Part shown: in pieces, positions 46,233 to 56,142 of the stretch
How the letters are laid out: every line of letters begins with the position of its first letter
How positions within the stretch are numbered: position 1 is the stretch's first letter
NCBI GenBank assembly: GCA_963817525.1
Contig: CAWFOU010000008.1
Coordinates: forward strand, 32,001-96,000
Reading direction: 5' to 3'
Origin: an uncultured archaeon
Lineage (GTDB): Archaea > Thermoproteota > Nitrososphaeria > Nitrososphaerales > Gagatemarchaeaceae
DNA: 64,000 bases
Translations under genes and position numbers: made by a program
The notes under the pieces: generated by a model
The model's database searches: none
What the model was told of the DNA's origin: nothing
Seen by the model: the letters and a program-made list of their open reading frames with translations, nothing else

Positions 46233-46964
46233 CTAGCCGGACTTGACTATGACTGTCGCTGACATCCACGAGTGATATTCGCAGTAGTAGTCGTAGGTGC
46301 CGGGCGACGAGAAGGTGAAGGTGTAGGTCCCCCCGGGGACCAGGTTTCCGGAACTTACACTCCCGTTCCCGGACACCGAGGTGACTGTGTGGGCCACGGT
46401 GTCGTCGTTGGTCCAGACGACGGTGTTGTTCACCCCGATCACCACCGTGACCTTGTCCGGCGCGTAGCCCGGCGCGGCGCTTGGGCCTGTTGATGCCCCC
46501 TTGGGGATCTCGACGCTCGTCGCTACTGGGCTGGGAGAGGCTGACGACGCCGAACTTGTGGCCGTGCTGGAGCCTGAAGAGGCCAGCGAGGTCGAGGTGG
46601 TGCTCGGCAAGGGGGTGACTACTGTGAACGGCCCGGACGTGAATGCCAAGTACGTGACCCCGGCCATGACCAAGAGGATTACTACAAACGCCAACAGGAA
46701 GCCGCCGTAGTCGCCAAAAGCCGCCCTTCCTCTCCGGCCACGGAGGGTCGTCGGGCTCTTATTTCCACGGTAGCCCCGGCACGAACTCGCCGGAAAGCTT
46801 CTGGGAATCTTGGCCAGTGGTGGGACGCATCTGCCACCATCTTGCTCTTTCGCGGTCGGAGACACGACGCTATGCCACCCTCGTCGAGAGGGGCGGCGAC
46901 GCTGTCGATTTAAGCGTTCAAGGGGCACGGCGGGGCCGCCTGGCGTTTCGCGACCAAGCCGCAT
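46233..46964 (-). CDS. Membrane-anchored cupredoxin (plastocyanin/halocyanin-like); true start probably internal
   Basis: WTNDDTVAHTVT and YYCEYHSWM type-1 Cu ligands after a TM helix and Ser-rich linker. Confidence 0.85.
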   Translation of the reverse strand: MRLGRETPGGPAVPLERLNRQRRRPSRRGWHSVVSPTAKEQDGGRCVPPLAKIPRSFPASSCRGYRGNKSPTTLRGRRGRAAFGDYGGFLLAFVVILLVMAGVTYLAFTSGPFTVVTPLPSTTSTSLASSGSSTATSSASSASPSPVATSVEIPKGASTGPSAAPGYAPDKVTVVIGVNNTVVWTNDDTVAHTVTSVSGNGSVSSGNLVPGGTYTFTFSSPGTYDYYCEYHSWMSATVIVKSG

Positions 46965-46979
46965 CCGGACGAGGCTGCG

Positions 46980-48404
46980 CTATGGATCGGGCTCGACGCC
47001 ATCCTCGCGGAGGGGAGCATCGTTCGTGGTGGCTTTCTGAGCAATTGCTTCCTTTTCGCCGGGTGGTTCTGATGGATCCGCGCCTCGACCCCTCCTAAGG
47101 TTCGTGATCGAGAGCGACCCTGGGATCTTGTTCCAGAGTAGGAACTTGGCCTCCCAGAGCGACCGGATGACGCCGATCCAGAACACTATGCTCGAGGGGG
47201 TGTTGTCGGTCAGCACGGAGCTGACGCTCTGCGCCCCATAGGGGACGGGGGCGGCGACGGCCACGATAGACGCGTGGTGGAAGAGGTCGTAGTAGCTGAT
47301 TCCAAAGGGGAGGAGGACCTCGGAGACGCCCAGGATTATTATCAGGGTGTTCAGACTGTCGAAGCAGAGGAACTCCCAGTAGCTGTCGCTCACAGGCAGG
47401 AGGACGAAGAAGGGCAGCAGAAGCAGGCTTAGTTGCGGCGGGGAGATGTAGGTCGCGAAGACGTATCCGAACGTCGCGACGAAGGCGAAGACGAGGGGGT
47501 CGCTGGTTGTCCTCCGAAGCCTCATCCACAGCATCCCGGCCAAGAAGGCGGAGAAGACGGCTATGGGGACCACGTGGCGGTATGGTGAGTAGGGGTTGAG
47601 GAGGATCGCACCCATCCAGGAGTCCTCGATGTTCCAGTTGTAGAGGTACTGCCAAGACTGAAACCAGAGGTTCGAGTTGAGGAGCAGGAACGGCGCGTTG
47701 ATGAGGGCGTAGGTCCCCCCGCCCGCGGCCGCCAAGACTACCATCTCCTTCTTCGTCCTCTCCGCGAAGAGGAGGCCGACCGCGGGGACGGCGGTGATGA
47801 AGTTCGTCGCGGCGGAGAGACCGAAGAGCACGCCCGCCCAGAACCGGCTCCCGCCTCTGAGATACAGGCGGATGGCGGCCAGCGTGAAGTAGAGGCCTAT
47901 GATGTACCAGTTCAGGAGGGTCATGATGACGAAGGTCGGGGTTACGACGAAGTACCAGAACATCCTGGCCCGGGATGTCCCCCTCATCTCCGCGAGGCCG
48001 ATCAGCTCCCTGAGGGAGAGGAAGGTCGGGACTGCCAGGACGGCCGAGCTGACGAGGTACGTGTTCCTGAGGAGCTCCCCAGGGAGGAGGGCGGCCAGCC
48101 TCCCCATGGTGTAGAAGAACATCGAGGTCAGGACCGGATATTCGCTGAAGGACTGTATGTAGGGGATGGTGAACTTGCACGGCGCGATGAGAGGGCCGTA
48201 CTCCGACGGCGGCAGGATCTGGCATACCCTCTCCTGGAATAGGTAGGTGAGGCTGGTGTAGACGTTCCCGCCCCCGTAGGGGAGGTGGAGCCAGACGCCG
48301 AAGAGGTAGAGGGCCGCCGCGGTGCAGTAGAGGACTCGCTTGTATCGTCGGTCAGACAGAGCGGCTAGGCGGTCGCTGAGACGGATCTTCCCAACACCTG
48401 TCAT
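46980..48404 (-). CDS. Polytopic GT-C (GT87-like) glycosyltransferase
   Basis: IPY...SEYPVLT motif, ~10 TM helices, YISPPQ. Confidence 0.7.
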   Translation of the reverse strand: MTGVGKIRLSDRLAALSDRRYKRVLYCTAAALYLFGVWLHLPYGGGNVYTSLTYLFQERVCQILPPSEYGPLIAPCKFTIPYIQSFSEYPVLTSMFFYTMGRLAALLPGELLRNTYLVSSAVLAVPTFLSLRELIGLAEMRGTSRARMFWYFVVTPTFVIMTLLNWYIIGLYFTLAAIRLYLRGGSRFWAGVLFGLSAATNFITAVPAVGLLFAERTKKEMVVLAAAGGGTYALINAPFLLLNSNLWFQSWQYLYNWNIEDSWMGAILLNPYSPYRHVVPIAVFSAFLAGMLWMRLRRTTSDPLVFAFVATFGYVFATYISPPQLSLLLLPFFVLLPVSDSYWEFLCFDSLNTLIIILGVSEVLLPFGISYYDLFHHASIVAVAAPVPYGAQSVSSVLTDNTPSSIVFWIGVIRSLWEAKFLLWNKIPGSLSITNLRRGRGADPSEPPGEKEAIAQKATTNDAPLREDGVEPDP

Positions 48405-48621
48405 GCAAGGCGCTTCTCTTCGAGAAGAATTTTCGCGACGCGACTATATCTGTTTGCCTTCCGCTTCGACGGCGGGCGCCGGTGGAGGCGCGAGCCTCGG
48501 GCTCAGCTGTCGTCGCCGGACTGGCTCTTCTTCTCAGCCCAGCGCTTGGCGATTTCGACTTCAGGGGGCATCTCCCTGGACGTCGCGACGCTCCCGAGGT
48601 AGACGTCGCCAGTGTTCCCGT

Positions 48622-48924
48622 CTATGGAGATGCGGTCCCCCTCGTGGTCTTCTTCAGGACGTAGTCAAAGAACCGATCCGTCGTCCCATCGTCTGAAGTC
48701 CATTCGGCGCGCAGCCTGGTCCTCTTTTCCACCCTCCTGAGCGTCGACAGGAGGGTCCGGTTCAAGTCCTTCGCGCTCTCGCCCTCCATTTCCGCCTCGA
48801 CGATGAACTCGCCGTTCACCTCCTTCACGGAGCCCTTCGCAATCGCTCCCTGCAGGGCGGGCTTCACCGCCTTCGGGCTGGCGCTGCTTACCCGAGCCAC
48901 CAGCTTGAAGCGCCTGTTTGCCAT
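48622..48924 (-). CDS. Hypothetical protein (100 aa)
   Basis: Globular alpha/beta-looking ORF with host-like codons, downstream of the surface-protein gene. Confidence 0.55.
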   Translation of the reverse strand: MANRRFKLVARVSSASPKAVKPALQGAIAKGSVKEVNGEFIVEAEMEGESAKDLNRTLLSTLRRVEKRTRLRAEWTSDDGTTDRFFDYVLKKTTRGTASP

Positions 48925-48999
48925 GGCAGCGGCGAGGGAGCGCTGGCTAGAAAGGCTTCGCCCCAGGGTGAGCCCGGAATCGCCCCGTCGTGGAGGGCT

Positions 49000-50763
49000 C
49001 TACTGGGACTGGCCGGAGGTGATCAAGAAGGTGAAGTGGAACGAGGGCATGAAAGCGGGATGATCCTGCGGAGTCAGCACAGGGAACCTGTACTCCACGA
49101 CCTGCTGGGCGGTGAACTGCGAGCCACCCCACCACACGGAGGGGTAGACGTCGATGGTGTGTATCCCCGGCCCCCCGGTGGCCACTATGTCGATGGTCAC
49201 GTTGCCTCCGCTGTTGAACCCGCAGCCGTACCCGATGTAGGAGTTGTCATAGTCGGCGGCGACGATGTTGGTGTTGAAGGTGTAGCCGACGCCTTGCATA
49301 ATCACCTGGATCATCGTGCCCTGTGGCCCCTCGGTCGTGCTGAGCTTGGCGCTACGCTGGATGAAGACAGTTCCGTTCGAGTTCTCCGTAAGGTTGCCCG
49401 CGGCGATGTAGTGGATGCCTCCGAGGTCGGAGTGGACTTTCATGATGAAGGAGAACGTCCCGTCCGATGCAGCGGTGACGTTCCTGAGCGGTTCGGCGAC
49501 TGCCTTGTAGCCCAGAAGGTTGCTTCCCTTGTATGTGGTCCAGACCAAGGGAACCTGCGTGTTAGGTGTGAAGCCAGCCCCGCTCACGGTGATGTTGTCC
49601 CCGACGCTGACTATGGTGGGCGAGACGCTGATGCGAGGACCCGTAGTGGCAGTGTTCACGGGAACGGTGATCTGCGGCCTTACGACCGTGGCCACCGGAG
49701 TGAAGGAAACCTCCGGCCCGGTGGATGTCGCGGACGTCGAGCTCGAGGTTGTCGAGGCTTTGGTCGAGGTGGCCGCGTAGAGCCCGATTCCTGCTATCGC
49801 CACGACCAAGATGATGACGACCGCGATCACGACACGCGATATCGCCCTACGCTCACCGGGGTCTTTCCTTGAGACGAAGAACGCGCCGCCCACAAGCGCG
49901 GCCAGCAGCGCGAAGGCGCCAAATGAGGCGGCGTTGTGAGAGACGAATGCGTCGTTGGTGGACTGTGAGGACGATTGGGTCATGACAGTCTCAGGCGTCA
50001 CAGTGAAGTTCGCGTAGAAGGGAACGTAGGGAGGGAAGACGGATTGGGTCTCGGACGACGGCGGGCCCTGCTGAGGGTTCAGATATCCTGGACCCGGGTA
50101 GCCTTGGTAGATTGCTATGTAGTGTATCCCTGGCACTCCCGAAGCATAGATCGTGAAGTTCGTCGCACCGGACGTCGAGAGAGCGGTCATGTATCCGGCT
50201 ATCGAGTTGTCCCAGGAGAGGTAGTAGCTCGTCGAGTACTCCCCGTACCCTAGGCCGGCGGCTATGAAGGTGATCGGTGTACCGTCAGGTCCACTGCTGG
50301 GCGAAAAGTGGAACGAAGGCTCCACGTCGAAGCTCGCCTTGGCAGCAAAGGCGGTCCCGTTGGCAAAGAACGCCTGGATGAAGTGAGAGCCTCCATAATC
50401 AGTCGGGACGGTTATCTGGACAGAAAACGAGCCGCTCGAATTGGTCTGGACAGAACCCAGCATCACCTGGATGGCCGGAGTGCTGATGCCTGTGACCTGT
50501 GGCGTGGGGATGGCTTGGACTACCCAACTGGCCTTCGCGGAGGCCCATTCGAGGTTGAGGCTTGTGTTGGGCGGGAATCCGGTCCCCGCGACGGTCATCT
50601 TCGCACCGACAGTGGCCGCGGTTGGAGAGACTGTTATCGAAGACGATGCGGTCGCCGCGCTCGCCGAACTTGCGAACAGAAAGACGCACAGCAAAACTGC
50701 GGTCCCCGCCATGAAGACGCTCACTGCCTTCGGCTTCCATGAAGGCCACCTCGAAGATTTCAT
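49000..50763 (-). CDS. Surface protein with two homologous beta-rich domains separated by a TM hairpin
   Basis: Signal peptide; repeats GPDGT..GLG..WDNS..GY..G.PGIHYIAIY and GPQGT..GVG..YDNS..GY..GGPGIHTIDVY. Confidence 0.7.
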   Translation of the reverse strand: MKSSRWPSWKPKAVSVFMAGTAVLLCVFLFASSASAATASSSITVSPTAATVGAKMTVAGTGFPPNTSLNLEWASAKASWVVQAIPTPQVTGISTPAIQVMLGSVQTNSSGSFSVQITVPTDYGGSHFIQAFFANGTAFAAKASFDVEPSFHFSPSSGPDGTPITFIAAGLGYGEYSTSYYLSWDNSIAGYMTALSTSGATNFTIYASGVPGIHYIAIYQGYPGPGYLNPQQGPPSSETQSVFPPYVPFYANFTVTPETVMTQSSSQSTNDAFVSHNAASFGAFALLAALVGGAFFVSRKDPGERRAISRVVIAVVIILVVAIAGIGLYAATSTKASTTSSSTSATSTGPEVSFTPVATVVRPQITVPVNTATTGPRISVSPTIVSVGDNITVSGAGFTPNTQVPLVWTTYKGSNLLGYKAVAEPLRNVTAASDGTFSFIMKVHSDLGGIHYIAAGNLTENSNGTVFIQRSAKLSTTEGPQGTMIQVIMQGVGYTFNTNIVAADYDNSYIGYGCGFNSGGNVTIDIVATGGPGIHTIDVYPSVWWGGSQFTAQQVVEYRFPVLTPQDHPAFMPSFHFTFLITSGQSQ

Positions 50764-50883
50764 CGCGATGGAAGCGGTTTTGGCTACTATAAATGCCCCC
50801 TCAATTCTCAAGAATGAGAATCGTCCCCGGAAGTCGCAGGCAGCCCCCGCGTCCTGCGGAAGGGAAATTGCCCCCCCTAGAAG

Positions 50884-51165
50884 CTATACAGCGAACCCCG
50901 CCACGACAAGCGCAATCAGCACGCAGGACCCGACGAGCAGCGGAATCCTGCGCAGGGGGTCTCCCGTCTTGGTGACCCTGTAGATGTAGGATATCATGGC
51001 GAACGCGATCAGGTCGACCGAAAGGTAGACCGCGAACACTGATTCGCCCGAGGACAGCGAGGTGTCTATCGTCCAGAGCACGAACGCCGAGGCGAACGCG
51101 ACTATTACGAGCAGGGTGACGACCTGGACGCCCAGCATATCGTCCGTCTCTGTCACTGTCTCCAT
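50884..51165 (-). CDS. Small three-TM membrane protein
   Basis: Overlaps the cytochrome b stop; three hydrophobic helices. Confidence 0.65.
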   Translation of the reverse strand: METVTETDDMLGVQVVTLLVIVAFASAFVLWTIDTSLSSGESVFAVYLSVDLIAFAMISYIYRVTKTGDPLRRIPLLVGSCVLIALVVAGFAV

Positions 51166-52718
51166 CCCACCTCGAGCGCCCTCACTCGCCTCTTTATCAT
51201 GCCGGTGCCAAGGTCTAGGCGATAGAGGAGGTAGACCGTGCCAGCCACGGCTACCGAGAGTCCTAGTAACGACAGCGCGAGCGACCAAAGGAGAGAGAGG
51301 CTGCTCCCCTGCATTATGAGCTGTCCTGCTCCGGTTATGGCGCCGCTGATGCCGAACGTCCCCAGGACCAGCAGACAAACGAAGCTGGATGCGGTCCATA
51401 GCGACGCGGTGTTGAAAGACCTAGTCGCGTAGGGGGCGCCGCCAGCCGCAGGAGGTTGCGCACCCGAGGGGTTGGTTCCGACCGGCATCTTCCGGAAGAT
51501 CAGCTTGTAAGCTCCGGCCGAGACGAACGCCACTATGATTGCGGTCCCGCCCAGCACCAAAACGCCCTGCTCCGTCGGGATGATCTGCCCAGGAGTCAAG
51601 CGTCCCCAGACAGTGAGCACGGCAACCTCGGCCACGAAGATTAGGCCGACCGTAACCCAGTTCCTCCTCGCCTCGATTCGGCGCGTCTTCCCCCTGTCCA
51701 GGAACGGGAGGAGGATCAGGGCCACGAATATGACGGATACGAGGCCGAGGGCGACCGAGAGCCCCGGCCCCTCGAAGACGTCGAACTTCAGGATCTGGTA
51801 GATCCACAGGAAGTACCAATCCGGCTGGGAAGCGTATTGTGCGGCGAGCGTGGGCGTGTATTCGGGCGCCAGGCTGAGCGGGAAGGCGAGAGAGATGAGC
51901 ATCATCGCAGCGCCGAAAAGCGCGGCGAGCTCGAGGAGGTAGATTGTGAGGTCGGGGAAGATCGGGATGAGCTTGCTCTTCTTCGCAGGCAAGGGCATCG
52001 GGCCGGCGACGGGCTCGGAGACGCCGTTGGCCTCGAGCATGTACATCTTCCCGAAGAGAAGGAGGAGCAGGACGCCCGGGAGGACGACAACGTGGAGGTC
52101 GTAGAAGCGCAGGATGGTGCCCGTATCCGTCCCGCTGCCTACGACCAGGAATTGGATCCAGCCAGACAGAGGCTGGGGCAGCGCCGACATCATCCCTATC
52201 CCCACGTCGGTCGCAGACTTTGATACGACCGTCCATGGGAGAAGGTAGCCCGTGAAGCCGAAGCCCAGCGTCACGAAGCCCATGAACATCCCCGTTATCC
52301 ACATCAGCTCTCTCGGCTTCTTGTTGACGGAGACGAAGTATCCCCTCATCATGTGCATGAATGCCAGCATTATCATAGCGTAGGCCGTGTAGAGGTGTAC
52401 GGTCTCGAGGAATCTGCCGTAGCTGACGTTCTGGAAGATGTAGAGGGTCGAGGAGTATGCTTGCAGGGGCGTGGGGATGTAGTAGATCATCATTATCGCC
52501 CCCGTGACTCCCTGGATTGCGAAGGCGACGACGGCAAGAGCGCCGAGCCAGTAGAAGGGGTTGACCGAGTACGTCGGCGCCGGTCGCAAGAGCTCGTACG
52601 AGAGACCCAGCCGGGCGTCGAACCAATGGACGACCCGGGCCAGGGCGCGTTCATGGGCCGGCGCCTCCCCGGAGGGATGGTAGCCGCTATTTGCCTTTTC
52701 GTCTTCTTGCTCTGACAT
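51153..52718 (-). CDS. Cytochrome b of a Rieske/cytb complex (b/b6 + subunit IV fused, extra C-terminal helices)
   Basis: WLG, VHLY...MHMMR heme His pair, FTGYLLPW, FYDLH, PDWYFL, LLPFLD. Confidence 0.9.
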   Translation of the reverse strand: MSEQEDEKANSGYHPSGEAPAHERALARVVHWFDARLGLSYELLRPAPTYSVNPFYWLGALAVVAFAIQGVTGAIMMIYYIPTPLQAYSSTLYIFQNVSYGRFLETVHLYTAYAMIMLAFMHMMRGYFVSVNKKPRELMWITGMFMGFVTLGFGFTGYLLPWTVVSKSATDVGIGMMSALPQPLSGWIQFLVVGSGTDTGTILRFYDLHVVVLPGVLLLLLFGKMYMLEANGVSEPVAGPMPLPAKKSKLIPIFPDLTIYLLELAALFGAAMMLISLAFPLSLAPEYTPTLAAQYASQPDWYFLWIYQILKFDVFEGPGLSVALGLVSVIFVALILLPFLDRGKTRRIEARRNWVTVGLIFVAEVAVLTVWGRLTPGQIIPTEQGVLVLGGTAIIVAFVSAGAYKLIFRKMPVGTNPSGAQPPAAGGAPYATRSFNTASLWTASSFVCLLVLGTFGISGAITGAGQLIMQGSSLSLLWSLALSLLGLSVAVAGTVYLLYRLDLGTGMIKRRVRALEVGWRQ

Positions 52719-52720
52719 TG

Positions 52721-53527
52721 TTATCCGCTCACTAGGGTGCCGCCCTGCAGGTCATCCAGGACGTTGCTTGACCCGGTGTTGTGCCCAAAGATCGTCGGCG
52801 GCCCCATGCCCACCGCGTAGATGTCGCCCGAGTCGTCCATAGAAAGCGTCACCTGGGGCACTGGCCTGGGCGCCGGCCCGCCTATCACGGCGGCGCCGTT
52901 GACGAGGTCATAGACGCTCCCGTGGCAGCAGCAGTATCCCTCGGGTCCGGGCGCCTTGTAAGACGTGGCGCACGCGGGGCCGGTGCCGGTGGGGATGAAG
53001 GCGTAGATGCAGCCCAGGTGCTGACACACGACGCTGAAAGCCACGATGTCGCCGTCGGGGCCGATCCCCCCGCTGGCTTTGACACCGAGCTTCACAAGGA
53101 TGTTGGGGGTCTCCTCTAGGGGGTAGTTGAACGAGACCGGCTGTGAGACCATCAGGGAGCTGATGTTGGCGATCATCAGCGACGGGAACGGAGATGACGT
53201 GGAGGACGTTGTTGTCGTTGACGCAGGGGAAGCGGAAGAAGCCGAGCTGGAGGAAGCGATCGCCGTCTGGTTCCCTACCGGCAATGTGACGGTCTTCGTC
53301 AGGGTTTCGGTGACCGTAGGCGTGTTCGTCTGGGCCTCGGCGGGAGAGGGTGGGTTGGCGGGGGAGAAGAGCGACTTGACGACCGAGACGACGCCAACAA
53401 TCACGGCCACCATCCCCAGCGCGAGGCCTGACCTCAGCAGGTTCCTGCGCGTGATGCTGCTGTCGTCCGGGGCGCCGCCCGTTGACTGGGCGTTCTCCTT
53501 TTTCGAGTCTTCTTCTGCGTCAGTCAC
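52721..53527 (-). CDS. Tat-exported Rieske [2Fe-2S] protein, SoxL/AioB-like
   Basis: TRRNLL twin-Arg, FSVVCQHLGC and CCCHGSVY boxes, GPAPRP. Confidence 0.9.
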   Translation of the reverse strand: MTDAEEDSKKENAQSTGGAPDDSSITRRNLLRSGLALGMVAVIVGVVSVVKSLFSPANPPSPAEAQTNTPTVTETLTKTVTLPVGNQTAIASSSSASSASPASTTTTSSTSSPFPSLMIANISSLMVSQPVSFNYPLEETPNILVKLGVKASGGIGPDGDIVAFSVVCQHLGCIYAFIPTGTGPACATSYKAPGPEGYCCCHGSVYDLVNGAAVIGGPAPRPVPQVTLSMDDSGDIYAVGMGPPTIFGHNTGSSNVLDDLQGGTLVSG

Positions 53528-53689
53528 GGCGTTCTCCTCTCATCGCTCGCTGTGAGTGCGCAGGCGAGGCTGATGAGCTGCGCCCGGAAGACTCGCGACA
53601 CCGCCAGATCTCCGACGTTCACGCCGGTGGGGTTCGAGAAGGCGGAACCTGAGAAAGCGAGTTTCTCGGCCCTGGGCATCGGCAACCCC

Positions 53690-55057
53690 TCACTTTCTCG
53701 GCCTGGTCACCAGCATCCCGATGATTAGTCCCAGTATGAGCACGATTACAATGCCCGCGTAGACGATCGTGGGTATAGACTGGACGACCTGCGAGAGTGT
53801 CGAGGTCGCCGTGCTCACGGTCGTGCTTATGAAACTGCTGACCGACGTGCTGGTTACGGTCGTGGCTACGCCAGGAGGAGCGGAGGCAAGCGCAAGATTG
53901 ACGACCTGGAGCCCAGTGTTGGGCGGCGACGCGCTGTCTGAGGAGGTCACGGCCACGGCGTAGGTCGCGTTCGCTGGAATCGTGGGAAGAGTCGCCCCGG
54001 CGAACTGGCCCGTCCATGCGCCGTTCGCCCCTGTGTAAGTCAGCTTCACCGTCCCTATGACTCCGCCGGGGTTCTTCGCGCCGCCGCCGAAGGTGTTCGC
54101 CGTGGCGTTCCAAGTGCCCCACCCAATGACAGCCGTCGCCGAGCCGCCGCGCGCGGCGGTGTCAAGGGGAGCGACGAACCCTGTCACGGGTTCTGCGTTC
54201 TTCGGATAAGTGATTGTGGCGACTATGTTGATGCCCTCCCCGGAGGCGATCGCGGCGACTGGCAGGCCCGTCTTCGTGTCGGTGAGCTGCACGCTCGTCG
54301 CGAGCTGCGCGGGGGCGATCGTGAAGGGGCTGCCGGAGTAGGTGTACACGGCGAAGTTGCCGGCCGCGTCAGAGACCTTGACCGTCGGGCTCCACGTTCC
54401 CACGTAGGTGTAGTTCCAGTTGGGCAAGACTGAGTTGTCGAAGAGCTTGGCGCCGGAATCCCAGTTGGCCTTTTCGGTCGTGCCCGCCGGGGTGGTGAAG
54501 TTGATGTTTATCCCCGCGGTATCGTTCGTGAGGGCCACCCCGTTGGAAGCATAGTGGATGTAGAACCTCGGGATCAGCTTACCACCTCTCAAGACGCCCT
54601 GGACATATGAGCAGGTCCCGCCGGTCACCATGTCCATGGTAACGACGAGCTTGTTGGTCCCGTAGAAGCTGGCCGAACCCACGGTCTGCCCGCCCTGGGT
54701 CAGGAAAACGTTGAAAGTCCCCACCTGGTTCACCACTGTCCCAAAGCCGGCGGTGGCGTTCCCGTAGAGGACCGAATCAAGCTGTCCCGAAGCGGTCGCG
54801 GTGAATGGGATCGAGCTCTCAGATCCGCTCGGCTTTTGGACGATGATTGAATAGGAGCCAGCTGCAGGGGCGGTCACGTTTATGGAAGTTGTCATCCCGA
54901 AGTTGATATATCCGGGGCTGGCCGTGATGTACTGTGTCTGAGCGGACGCCGCTGTGAGCGGACCAGTAACCGAAATAACCGACACGAGCAGCAACGCGCT
55001 TGCCGCTATCTGACCCGGCTTCCCGATTCTCAGCCGTTCTCTAATCATGATCTTCAA
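53690..55057 (-). CDS. Secreted, C-terminally anchored beta-rich surface protein
   Basis: Signal peptide, Thr/Ser linker, C-terminal TM ending RPRK; upstream of the Rieske gene. Confidence 0.7.
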   Translation of the reverse strand: MKIMIRERLRIGKPGQIAASALLLVSVISVTGPLTAASAQTQYITASPGYINFGMTTSINVTAPAAGSYSIIVQKPSGSESSIPFTATASGQLDSVLYGNATAGFGTVVNQVGTFNVFLTQGGQTVGSASFYGTNKLVVTMDMVTGGTCSYVQGVLRGGKLIPRFYIHYASNGVALTNDTAGININFTTPAGTTEKANWDSGAKLFDNSVLPNWNYTYVGTWSPTVKVSDAAGNFAVYTYSGSPFTIAPAQLATSVQLTDTKTGLPVAAIASGEGINIVATITYPKNAEPVTGFVAPLDTAARGGSATAVIGWGTWNATANTFGGGAKNPGGVIGTVKLTYTGANGAWTGQFAGATLPTIPANATYAVAVTSSDSASPPNTGLQVVNLALASAPPGVATTVTSTSVSSFISTTVSTATSTLSQVVQSIPTIVYAGIVIVLILGLIIGMLVTRPRK

Positions 55058-55191
55058 GCTACGAACGTGATAAAGAGAATAATAAGCATTCGACGATTCT
55101 CACTATTGAGAATAGGCGGACGCTCGAGCCCTTCCGGTCAGGTGGCGAAACGCGGCTCCTTGCATCAAGGCTTCGCCTGACCCCAGCGCGG

Positions 55192-56127
55192 TCATCTGAA
55201 AATCCTCGTCCCCGCCTTCCCCGCGAGGGCGTCCTCGGCCATCTCAAGGGATGTAATTATCGCCGTCTCTCCACCGGACTCTAAGAACTTGACCGCGCTC
55301 TCGACCTTAGGCCCCATGCTCCCTTCTGGAAACTGGCCCTGCTCGAGGAACTCCTTGCAATCCCGGATAGTCATCTTGTCAACTGGTCTTTGGCCGGGTC
55401 GGTTGTAGTCAAGGTAGACTCTTTCCACATCGGTTAGGATGAGTAGGGTCTCCACGCGAAGGATGCTCCCGAGAAGCGCAGCTGTCCGATCCTTGTCCAA
55501 GACCGCCTCGACGCCCTTGGTTTTTCCTTCCCTGTCCCTCGTCACGGGGATGCCTCCTCCCCCAGCGGCGATTACGACGGTCCCTGACTCGAACAACCCA
55601 AGGATTGTTCGCTCCTCGAGAATCTCGACCGGCGAGGGAGAAGGGACCACCCTCCGATATCCCCTCCCGGCGTCCTCCACCATTGTCCACCCTCTATTTT
55701 TCTTTAGGCTGGGGGCCTCTGCCGAGGAGTAGAAAGGCCCCACGGGCTTTGTGGGGTGCTGGAAGGCGGGGTCCGCGCCGTCCACCAAGACCCGCGTCAC
55801 TACGGTCGCGACGGGAAGGTCAACCCCGTCCGCTTGGAATTCGTCCTGCAGCCCCTGCTGCAGCATGTATCCGATCATCCCCTGGGTCTCCGCCCCGCAG
55901 ACGTCGAGCGGCATCGGAGGCAGCGTGGCCTTGGCGAGCTCGTTCTTCAGCAGGATGTCACCCACTTGGGGCCCGTTCCCATGCGTGATTGCAATCTGGT
56001 CACCCTCCTCGACCAACTTGGCGAGGTGCCTCGCGGTGGCGCGGAGGTTCGCGAACTGCTCCTCGGCAGTCCCCTTCTCCCCGTGCCTCAGTATCGCGTT
56101 GCCTCCGAGGGCAATCAGGACTCTCAT
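55192..56127 (-). CDS. arcC: Carbamate kinase
   Basis: IALGGNA, THGNGPQVG, PTKPVGPFY, GYRRVVPSP, GSMGPKV. Confidence 0.95.
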   Translation of the reverse strand: MRVLIALGGNAILRHGEKGTAEEQFANLRATARHLAKLVEEGDQIAITHGNGPQVGDILLKNELAKATLPPMPLDVCGAETQGMIGYMLQQGLQDEFQADGVDLPVATVVTRVLVDGADPAFQHPTKPVGPFYSSAEAPSLKKNRGWTMVEDAGRGYRRVVPSPSPVEILEERTILGLFESGTVVIAAGGGGIPVTRDREGKTKGVEAVLDKDRTAALLGSILRVETLLILTDVERVYLDYNRPGQRPVDKMTIRDCKEFLEQGQFPEGSMGPKVESAVKFLESGGETAIITSLEMAEDALAGKAGTRIFR

Positions 56128-56142
56128 GCGCCCGACGCCCGA

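Noticed and set aside
52721-53527. Arsenite oxidase small subunit AioB
   Set aside because: Sequence resembles AioB/SoxL, but there is no molybdopterin AioA gene and it is coupled to cytochrome b.
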